Assembly: GCA_051362555.1 (NCBI GenBank)
Contig: CM120648.1
Span: 1,279,721 to 1,343,720 of the forward strand
Reading direction: 5' to 3'
DNA length: 64,000 bases
Source: Lingula anatina
Taxonomy: Eukaryota; Animalia; Brachiopoda
Shown here: in pieces, positions 37,301 through 46,537 of the stretch
Numbering within the stretch: the first letter of the stretch is position 1
Layout: every line of letters begins with the position of its first letter
Made by a program: the position numbers and the translations under genes
The notes under the pieces: model-generated
The model's database searches: none
Told to the model about the DNA's origin: nothing
Seen by the model: only the letters and a program-made list of their open reading frames with translations

Positions 37301-40300
37301 TGGAAAACAAACAGGTCAGATCAAGTCTGGATGTTGTCATGGTAACCAGGAGATCCACACTGCAACTGTTGACTTAGTGGACAATTGCAGTGTCTTTATC
37401 AAATAAGCTGGCAGCCAGATTGGCAAACTTCAGCTTGACTTACACTGATTTTATTTGTCCAAGTGCATGAACGACTTCTTTCCATGTTGCTATGGTTTAT
37501 ACCTTATGCTCTCCCTGTTGCCATGGTCACTACCCTATGCCCTCCTTGTTGTCATGGTTCATACACTATGCCCACCCTTTAGTTATGTTCCTCTTGTTAT
37601 TGTCTGTCCTGTACCATTAAAATTATTTTCCTACCATGGGTAGTATTGTCATCTCAGCTGTTCCCTTTGCAAAGTCTTTTTTGTCTGGCTTATTGTCAGG
37701 ACAAATATTGCCTTGTTGCCATGATAAATGCCTTAGAGTTTCCATACCTTTCAGATAGAATACACACATCCAACATTAAACTGGATTATTTTTTTTATGA
37801 ACCTAAGGATTGAATTGAACTTCTTAAAGATAATGGATGGTTGGATTCCTTCTGAAAGAATTATTTTTTAGCCTGCTGCCAAGGCTGTATCCATTTTTGT
37901 ATGCCAAGTTTGTAATATGTCATACCCCTTCTATAACATTACCTCAGTTTTCATTTCAGCAGGTATTTATGTCAGTCACTGAGCTGTATGATACCATTTC
38001 CCATTGCAGTCTACGTGTACACAAAATACATCAAGACAGATGATGCAGGAGCAGCAGCTGGGCCCTCAGTGGCCCCTGTGGGGCCTGCCACTGCCCCGGG
38101 GCCAACCAGCCCTGCAGCCATAGTCTCCCCCTCTGCAGGCCCCGTGAAAGATGCCGGAGGGGGCCAGTAGAGGAGCAGCTGATACAATTTGGAACATTGA
38201 CGCCTCTTTCAGTATGATATTGACTAGTAATAATAGATGTTCTATCTAGGTTATAATCCACTGAATGGGTGCCTTTTGTTTTGTTTGCTCAGATTGATCA
38301 GATTAAGGTCTTTATTCTAATTTTGTCTATTTGTTTATTTAATCGTCTGAAATCTATATTGATCTGAATCTAGAAACTTTTAACTGGAAATATAACCAAA
38401 AAACCAACAGAAATGGGTCTTCTTGTCTTGGTAATCATTTTAAATACATGGCTTTAATGTTTGGTATCTGTTATCCTACTTTGGCTGTTACCCAAGGATG
38501 CGCCATTAGAATGTGTGTGTGTGATAAGTAATACTTCTAGCCTTCTAGGTAACAACCCCCAGACATAATGAATTCTCCAGAATTCCCTGAAAGTTCATCA
38601 TATTCCCAAACATTATTTAATAGAAAACGAAGATGCTGCACAGATACCACAAGAAGGTGTATTCTATTTTGTTGTGTCAGTGATTCAAGTATTGATAGGT
38701 GTAATAACTGTAATCCTTGTTAAAATTATTTTTGTTGATGTAGTTGCAAGTAAATACCAAACATGTCATCTTGTCCATTGCCTCCTATAGTTTGCATGTT
38801 GATATTTGCCAGTCATTAATTTTAGTTTAGTCTCACTGCAGTTGTTTATGAACCACTTTGAAAGTCTTGTGTGGTATGCCTGACTACAGCGGTTAATAGA
38901 TGGACCGGTGCCATTTTGTTAAAGTTTGTGTTGGAGATCTTTTGAAGTTTTCCACATTGGCAGATGACCTATTTAAGTTGGTAAAATGAAGACTTATTTC
39001 AGTTGGTGTAAGGAGGCTCCGTTTATCTTTGTTAATAAACCATCAGTCAAAGTTGACCAGTAGCTGAAAATTATTATCATTGGGGTGCTTTCTTCAAAGT
39101 GTTTTATTCATAGTTTCCAGAAGTTCAGGGATTCTGTTTCTCATTGTTTTTAGTCAAGTCTTACTCTTTGTGGCATTTACTTCTTGCATTTGTGAGGTGA
39201 CTGTGTGATGTAAAATGATGTCGCCTTGGCATGCTCTGTGTGGAACCTGATATGTTTGTGAATTTTCCACAGTTCACTGCTTTTGCTTCCATTTTCATTG
39301 CTTATCAATTCAACAGTTTTCAAAATGTATTTGTGTTATATGAAACCATTCTTATATTTTCTTTCTTTTGTAGTACCCTCTTGTTTTGAGATATTTCACT
39401 ATAATTTTCTGGAATAAATTTTTTTTTCAGTTTTTGGGTGCATTCTTTGTTCGTTCCATGGTATTTATCTGAGCCAGTTTTATGATTAATGACAATCGTA
39501 TTTTTTCCTTTCTCTTTCAGTGTTTTGCTGTGTATTTTTACCTATATGATTGTTACAAGTTTCACTTATTTCATACTGCATCATTTTTTCTATTTGATCA
39601 AAGTCTGAGAATTGAACATTGTTTTGTACTTTGAATTAAATATATGGACATTGCTAGTCTTGGTACTTGACCAAAAGTTCATACTCGTCAAGGTTTAAAG
39701 GAAAATTGAAATTTAATAATTATATAATTGGAGAAAAAACAATGTTTAATTTCTACAGGCATTTTCCATTTTCTTTGTTCCATTTTAGATTAAGCACTAC
39801 TGTGTCTACGATAAAAAATTGAAATACTATGAAATATGCCATCTATAAAATGAAGTTGTCTTGAAGTGAAAAGAGTATACAGAAAATCATAGTGCACAAC
39901 TTATTAATGTAAAGAAATGACTTTAGCTCTGACATGAGATGTGTTTGTATCACTACCATCTTGTGAAGAAAGATGAGTCGAAACTCTTGTTTGATGTCCT
40001 TACTGACTAGATTAGTCATGAAACCTACATCCAAGGTGAAATATTTTAAGGCAATGGTGCTGACATCTATTATCATCAAGAGGGGGTGAGACCATGCAGT
40101 TGTTGCTGCCCCCTATTGTTCGTAATAGGTGCTGACACCTATTCGTTTGTAATAGGTGCTGACACCTGTTGTTTCTGACATTAACTTACATGGTGTTTTT
40201 TTCACACTTTTTTATAGTGTGGATAGTGACAAGCCTACCTAAAGATGGCAAAAGTTCTGGAGGCACCAATTCAACACGATCCGCTGTGGGCAGGCGATTA

Positions 40301-40303
40301 TAA
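24295..40303 (+). CDS. VAMP: Synaptobrevin/VAMP1-2-3-like R-SNARE, whole gene with multiple alternative exon clusters
   Basis: Split start codon AT|gtaagt (24295-24296) + G of exon 27575-27659 gives [34 protein letters not shown] motif [46 protein letters not shown], followed by a TM exon. Confidence 0.96.
26573..26608 (+). CDS. VAMP: VAMP 36-nt in-frame cassette (micro)exon, giving [13 protein letters not shown]-
   Basis: ttgcatgcaaccacag|GGCTGCA...GGCCCTCC|gtaagt. Symmetric phase 2-2, no stop, Pro/Gly composition matching the VAMP N-terminus. Confidence 0.7.
28531..28781. mobile_element. MITE related to family B, 73 bp upstream of VAMP exon 3a
   Basis: TIRs cagggccgtagcct / aggctacggccctg, GTAGC TSD. 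Confidence 0.8.
28855..28933 (+). CDS. VAMP: VAMP exon 3a ([26 protein letters not shown])
   Basis: 79 nt, tctcag|...GCAG|gtaac, phase 0-1. Confidence 0.93.
29492..29570 (+). CDS. VAMP: VAMP exon 3b ([26 protein letters not shown])
   Basis: 79 nt, cctag|...GCAG|gtaat, phase 0-1. Differences from 3a are mostly synonymous. Confidence 0.92.
30154..30232 (+). CDS. VAMP: VAMP exon 3c ([26 protein letters not shown])
   Basis: 79 nt, ttcttag|...GCAG|gtaaat, phase 0-1. Confidence 0.92.
31921..32187. mobile_element. TIR element (piggyBac-like ends) just upstream of VAMP exon 4a
   Basis: cctctgcgaaaatttgtttcatttaaagttcacttac ... gtaagtgagcgttaaacgagaccaatttttgcagggg, flanked by TCAA/TCAA. A partial inverted copy lies at ~60818-60998. 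Confidence 0.7.
32242..32321 (+). CDS. VAMP: VAMP exon 4a ([27 protein letters not shown])
   Basis: 80 nt, ttctcag|AT...AAG|gtaga, phase 1-0. Confidence 0.93.
33226..33305 (+). CDS. VAMP: VAMP exon 4b ([27 protein letters not shown])
   Basis: 80 nt, tttttaatag|AA...AAG|gttca, phase 1-0. Confidence 0.9.
34580..34631 (+). CDS. VAMP: VAMP transmembrane exon 5a ([17 protein letters not shown])
   Basis: 52 nt, ttcctag|...G|gtaag, phase 0-1. Confidence 0.88.
34798..34849 (+). CDS. VAMP: VAMP transmembrane exon 5b ([17 protein letters not shown])
   Basis: 52 nt, cccctcag|...G|gtaagt, phase 0-1. Confidence 0.88.
35506..35557 (+). CDS. VAMP: VAMP transmembrane exon 5c ([17 protein letters not shown])
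   Basis: 52 nt, long pyrimidine tract, tttcag|...G|gtaagt, phase 0-1. Confidence 0.9.
37486..37578 (+). repeat. 31-bp degenerate tandem repeat x3 in a VAMP intron
   Basis: tgttgctatggtttataccttatgctctccc / tgttgccatggtcactaccctatgccctcct / tgttgtcatggttcatacactatgcccaccc. Confidence 0.75.
38010..38170 (+). CDS. VAMP: VAMP alternative terminal exon with long Ala/Pro/Gly luminal tail ([19 protein letters not shown]...GGGQ*)
   Basis: ttcccattgcag acceptor in phase 1. GC-rich coding-like island that completes the TM helix. AATAAA at 39413-39418. Confidence 0.82.
40218..40303 (+). CDS. VAMP: VAMP alternative terminal exon ([28 protein letters not shown])
   Basis: ttttttatag acceptor in phase 1. 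VWIV completes the TM helix. Long putative 3' UTR to AATAAA at 42946-42951. Confidence 0.8.
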
Positions 40304-43065
40304 AGGAGCAAAATGGGAATGAAGTAGATGTAGATGCTAGCAGTATACTGGTTGTTTTGTTCAGGAAAAGCCTGTGTCATGTCTACATGTAAAGAGGTGA
40401 CTGTACAGTTTGCTGGTTAAGCAACAATATGATATCAAATTCAAATTAAAGATTATGATATATACATATAATTGTGGTAAATCATTGTACATTGTATCAT
40501 AATTGGCTGTAGCCAATAGGAATCCAAGGAGTTTTCATGTTGTATATTTATCTTCAAAAAGGGGTTTCAACAGCATCCAACAAAGTCTCCATTTTGAACA
40601 ATTCAATTTGTTTGTTCTTATTTTTGAGAGTTGACTATATACAAAGTTACAGCATGTTGGATATATCTTAGCTCGTACAAGGAAAAACAGCAAAATGAAA
40701 TTGACAGTATTTATTTATTTATTTATTTATAATTTTTTTTTTTTTTTTTGGGGGGGGGGCATTTTTTATCAAGCTAGTAACATGTCATATAGCACTTTCT
40801 AAATAAGAACTTATTAAGTTTTGTTTGGGATATGATGAAGTGTTATTCCTCGGTAACATTCCTGGATCTGTGACATCCATAACCCATGGAGTCTCCTCTT
40901 GCTAATGACATCCATCCTTATTTGGGACAAATAACACACCTAATGAGGACCTGGGAAAAATGAGTTACCTTAGACCTTATGCGCTTGACATCGCTAATCT
41001 CAATGGGTATTAAAGATGGTGTAAGGAGGGGGGGGGTTGTAGTCCTGTGGGACACAAGGGTTTGCCATTCCGCTATATTTGGGCAATGTGTCAAGTTATG
41101 CCTCTTCAGGATGCCACAGAAAAGGTTCATAGACATAGTCTAAACACAGTTCCCTACACTCTCAGTGATATCTGAATAGGGGAAAGGTCAAGCTAAGCAA
41201 TAACTCCATTTTACCTGTACTTGTAGACGTATGTTGTGGCAACAGTTTTGAGTTGCAAGCTTCCAGATCCCACCTGGAGGTGATGATTAGTGATGTCAGT
41301 GCAAAAGATCTGGAGTAGTGGAATTTTCTCTTACTGAGACTTTGAGCAGTGTCTGTGGGTAAAATGTAAAGAAGTACTGTCCGATAATCTAAGATACTGA
41401 TATAAAACATAAAGGGTACAGTTAGGTGTTATGTGTATGTGAGGGATATGGAACACTAGTTTCTCAAGATGTACCAGAAATTATCAGGTCAGACAAAAAA
41501 AAAGTTTTTTAAATCAGTTCACATCAGGTTAATCTTAAATACCCAAAGTTATTGCCACTGGCCTTGGGATGGATAATAAAATGGGAAGGGGAGGGGAGGG
41601 AGTTTGTAAAAAAAAGTAGAAGCAGACCCACTGAGAATGGGTTTTACCACCTATTATAGGAGGAGAGGGACTTGATCTGCCCTGATTTCATTGAAGTAAA
41701 ATACATAAGACTGCTTGTGGTTGTCTCACTGCAAGCAAGGGCTTGATGGGTAAAATTGGGATTTAAATTCAATCTGATGTGAACAGTCCTATTTATAAGC
41801 TAATAAGGAAACATTCAGGAAAAACCTTGGGTAAAATCTTAAGTATTAAAAATCTGGTGACATATTTTAACCTTTAAGCTCGTATTATTATTTTTATTTC
41901 ATTTCATTTATTTGTACAATTTGAACTTTGATTCTAGGTTATTCAAGAAGAATTTGGAATTTTGTTTCCTAGTTTATAACAGACCTGTATGAATAGAAAG
42001 AAAAAGTGTTTATGCTATATTATAACAGAGCAGTTCTGTAATATTGACTACTAGACATCTGTGGCTAGTGAGTTTACTTTTACTAAGTGTATTTTTAACT
42101 GCTGTACAATTTAGCCAATCCTGTGTTATTACTAGACATTTCATCAAAAGGCAGATGGATTATTTATCCAAATATTAATAATAGAAAAATAGTTACTTTG
42201 TCATTCAAAAGAAAGGTGTAAGCCTTTGGCACTAGTAGTAGAAAAAAATATCCTGCAAGCAGGTGGTGAATTTCCATGGTCTTTTTTTTTCTCAATTAAT
42301 TTATTGTCTCAATGTTCAGATTCTACAGGAACTTGAGTTGACCCGTGTTTGGATTTTTGGAAGATGATACATATTGTAACTTGGTCAAAAGCAATGTGAA
42401 GTTGTTTCCAAGTCCAATATATCTCTGCAATGATCCGTTCACAAACGTGTGCAATCAGAAAATATTATGTCGCTGTACACAAAAGTTGATTTTGTAAATA
42501 TGATATTGTTGATGTGTTTGTTTGTAGCCTTAGCTTGATGACATTTATGGTAATTACTCACAAGTTTCAAAAACCACACATTCCCACATTTTATCTTTTC
42601 TGATTATTTGGTCATCGTTCAATGTTTAATTTTTCAAAATTGAACCCATAACTTGTTCAGAACTTTGAATAATATTATTGTCACATCTCAGAAATATTGT
42701 TTCAAGAAATATTTGATTGTAATTATTCAAATTAGAAAAATCAGTGAGATGTCACGCAAAACATTGCTTTTGAAAATATGAATTGAATACAATCAAATTT
42801 TGTGAGTATTTACCATAATCATGTTGTCACTCTTAATTAATAATGTCTGGTCAAAGTTTACTTCAGGCTTAACATGTAAATTTCCGTGGATGTGAAGTGT
42901 ATTGGTATTGTATTTATGTATTGTTAAAGGATTTAGAAATGCAGAAATAAAAGACCTTGTACAGCTAAAACTGTTTGTTTCGTTTTATTTGGAAATCACT
43001 TATTACTTAAATTTTCATTAAATAGCTAATATCTTGCATTGTTAAGTATTTTGAACTTGATCAAA

Positions 43066-43138
43066 TTCTTGGTCTGGAATTTGAGACCAATATTCCAGTT
43101 GATTTCTTGGTCTGGAATTTGAGACCAATATTCCAGTT
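43066..43138 (+). repeat. 35-bp direct repeat x2 (period 38) in the B3GALT6 3' region
   Basis: ttcttggtctggaatttgagaccaatattccagtt at 43066 and 43104. Confidence 0.9.
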
Positions 43139-43455
43139 AACATCCTTTTCTAAAATTTCCCTGAATTATGGGAAATCTGGTTGCCGTGTTCACGTGACTG
43201 GTGTTTGGTCAAAATACATATTTATTCTAAGAGCTTATTCAGAATGGCAGACTCTCAGATCCGTGGATCAAGTATAGTGACCCATTTAATTCCCTGATTA
43301 GACACTGAATAGATTCCCTGCAGGGATTACACAAACATTCAACAGGGACGGCCATATTTCATCTAAGAAAATGTAGTGTTGTGCTCTTGTTCCAAAAGCA
43401 CCTGCATTAAGCAAATTAAAAGACAAATGGGAAAATTACAAAAAATATTTATTTT

Positions 43456-44478
43456 TCATGGAATATTAGTATTGTTAGTCCTTGTGCAACACTGTGAAGG
43501 CAATGCCTCCCAGTCGTATTCGTAAGAGTTCCGCAGTTTCACTTCCTTCTTACACAGCCTACCAGACGTCTGGATGCTGGCAAACTTCTGCTTCATAAGC
43601 TCCATGGTCTGTTTATGTGTCACAATGTATTTATTTGAGCAGCCTCGTGATTTATATTCGGTATCAAACCTGGTGTCGTGCACACGGTTCAGTTCAACAG
43701 GTGCAAGCCAAGCACCAACTGACACGTCCTCACTTTTAAATTTCTGTAAGTAGCTTGCACTGTTAGCTATGTAATGGATCAAGTCAGAGGATAGTATGTA
43801 ACCACCACCTAATGCATATGGTAAATAATGATCACAAAGCACCCATTCTTTTTCGGCCCATTTCCCCCTTCGATAAACATGTGCCCTGCCACTGAAGAAT
43901 CCCCAGTAAAGGCGTTGTTGCTTCTTGCGTTTCAACTCCTCTGCGATGACATCAACACGTGCAAATGTATCATCATCCCCTTTAAAGATGTAATGAAAAT
44001 GAACATTCGCATCCAACCAAATGTACGTCTGTAAAACTTTATCTGCAAGCTTTTCATATGCATCATGGACATCTGGCAAAAGAAGGAGATCATTTGTTTT
44101 CTTGTTTTCTAGCTTCAAGTGACTCATTTCTTCTGGGGTTAAGTCCTTGGTTCCGATGACAAAGTAAGGCACAATATCCTTGGTGACATTTGACAACCAG
44201 GTCTGCCTTATCATGTCTCTTCGCTCTCTGTTTTGCCTCCCTGTTAGTATAGCAACAACCATGAAGGCACTTAACATTTTGTTATGCATCTCAACATGCT
44301 TGGAATTCTGATTTTTTTCACCCAGAGCAGGTGATTGTGCAGAGCGCTCTGCTGGCATGCCACAAAATGACATGTATAAGAGGCCACTAAAGAAGAGGAA
44401 AATGCCACAGATCAAAATTGTTGGAGCATGGCGGTTGAGATGCATAGTGAATCTTTTGGGACTCTTGGTTGCATGCAT
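43456..44478 (-). CDS. B3GALT6: Beta-1,3-galactosyltransferase 6 (GT31, glycosaminoglycan linker synthesis), uninterrupted CDS, 340 aa
   Basis: Type II TM anchor, RRDMIRQTW, KGDDDTF (DxD), LYWGFFSGR, YLPYALGGGYILS, SEDVSVGAWL, RFDTEYKSRGC, YDW...PSQCC. Confidence 0.95.
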   Translation of the reverse strand: MHATKSPKRFTMHLNRHAPTILICGIFLFFSGLLYMSFCGMPAERSAQSPALGEKNQNSKHVEMHNKMLSAFMVVAILTGRQNRERRDMIRQTWLSNVTKDIVPYFVIGTKDLTPEEMSHLKLENKKTNDLLLLPDVHDAYEKLADKVLQTYIWLDANVHFHYIFKGDDDTFARVDVIAEELKRKKQQRLYWGFFSGRAHVYRRGKWAEKEWVLCDHYLPYALGGGYILSSDLIHYIANSASYLQKFKSEDVSVGAWLAPVELNRVHDTRFDTEYKSRGCSNKYIVTHKQTMELMKQKFASIQTSGRLCKKEVKLRNSYEYDWEALPSQCCTRTNNTNIP

Positions 44479-44749
44479 GCTTCAGTTTCGGATCAACAAC
44501 TTTGTTAAATTAGCTAGGGGCCTGGAAACTTCTTCAGTTTAATCACTTCTGGCGTTCTGTCTAATATCACAGCTGTATCAGTATCATCCATCGATAAACA
44601 TTGCCATGACGTAACATCACTGTTAAAACATTAATGCCCGTAGTGGCATTACATCACCAACTGTGGTCTTTTAATACACAGATTGCTGTTGGTAAGCAAA
44701 TTAGAATCAGTTGCTACAATTCTGACATCTTGCAGTTCTTTTTCCTTGA

Positions 44750-45420
44750 AATACAAGAATATGAGAAATTAATAGAGTTTAAAAATATTAACTATGTGTA
44801 AAAAAAGACATATTGAAGGTAGAATGAAATAAATCTAGTATTTATGTGCATACAGGTTCATAAAAAATGTGAAACGTGAAGGTACTTGTCATGTATCGCA
44901 GTGCAGGTGCTGTAACTCGTTTTTATCGTATGTAAATTAAAATTTTCTACACTATCGAGGTATTAACTGATCTGAGGGTCTATGCCACATTATCTACATT
45001 ATCTGCTCGTGAATACATCCAAAACTTGAACAGTGAATAAAACGATACGAATATTTTGAGATTGAATTTGAAGTTATAAATGAAAACGTACAGCTTGACA
45101 CGCGAAAGTGGAGTTAATCTAGGTCAACCAAGACAAGCCCGTATCCGATTCTGCAGTCATATCCGCCAATATTTACACCGACTAAAAGAAATCTGTCACT
45201 TATCTCGAAATAATTCCGCATTTTTATAATATTTACAGGCCAAAAATATTTGTTCAGATCAAAAAAAGCAGATCGACACTCTCAAAACAGAAAAACATCA
45301 GCTTGAAAAACAGAATGCTCCCTTGGGAACTAACCAATAAATGATAAGGAAAACTGTTCGCCCGTGTGAGATATACAACGCACTCACGGAAAAGAAAATA
45401 TTCTGGAAAACAGGGTATGT
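44750..45420. promoter_or_regulatory. Probable shared divergent promoter/non-coding first exons of B3GALT6 and UBE2J2
   Basis: The genes diverge across a CpG-containing patch. Candidate donor caggg|gtatgt-like site near 45415. The UBE2J2 ATG sits directly after an acceptor (ttccag|ATG), so a non-coding upstream exon is implied. Confidence 0.45.
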
Positions 45421-45788
45421 TAAATGTTCACGTATGTCATGTTGGTTCAGATATTAATGGGGTATATCAGCGTTGACTGTAATATATTACTCATCTCGCT
45501 ATTAGCGTTTGTGTGCATGCTGAAAACCTGGTTACTATGAAAATAAAGCTGTCGTATCTAGTACTACTGTCAGTAATAGTACTGCAGCACTACTGTTAGT
45601 CTTTCCATTTCCGTATTTTGTTTGGTATTTTCCCCAGGTTGAATCTAAACACACCCCATTGAAGAGCCTCACCTTCAGTATACCAACATATCATTACCAA
45701 AGACTAACGGGTTTGCTAAGCATAACACTATCTTACCCGTGTATCCGTACCTTATTGTTGACCACTATCAGCATGGTTACAAGTCTAA

Positions 45789-46003
45789 GGCTGTATTCCC
45801 AGAGCTTTTAGATCGATCTATCCCCGCGGGGAGTCTCACTAGATTACTGTCAGATAATCTGGCTTAAATGTCCGTCCCGCCTACTACAAGCTGTAAGGGG
45901 GTAATTAACTTTCGTGTCGGCTCGGCTGACAGCTATTTAGCATGAACCCCCAGGGAGATAGGTCGATCAAAAGTAGATCGATCTAATCTCTGGAGATGGG
46001 GTC
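45789..46003 (+). mobile_element. MITE family A, full length 215 bp
   Basis: Near-identical to 9720-9934. Flanks TAA/TAT. Confidence 0.88.
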
Positions 46004-46537
46004 TATGTGTGGCTTTTTTTTCTACGAAGGGACTAAATTTGGTGTACAGATAGCCACATTGTACGGGCATAACTAAGCTGTTTGAATCTTAAGTTATCTC
46101 ATTTGGTTCAGATGCATTTTTAAAGTTGCCATGCCTTTTTATACACCATTTTTATAGCAGCCAGTAATGCATTCTTGATACAATCTAGTGATAAATATAG
46201 TGATATAAGAATCTTTTGAAGCATGCACAGTGTAATTTGTCCTCCTAACATTGGCTTAATTAATGGGGTACTCCAGAGAGTTTAAATGTTTATCACTATT
46301 GTCAATTATTTCTTAGCAGTGATTATACAGTGAATCTTTATTGATGAAACACCTTCACATACAAGGTCCATTCATCAAATCATGGACTTTAAATCTTACT
46401 ACATCAAAATAAAAAATAAAAGATATATCATTTAATATCATTCAATGATAAATAAATCAAGCGAAAAATTATCTTGTCCTCATGAGTTGCCACAGGCTAG
46501 TGTATTTATTGTTTTATGTTATAATAATTGATTCCAG

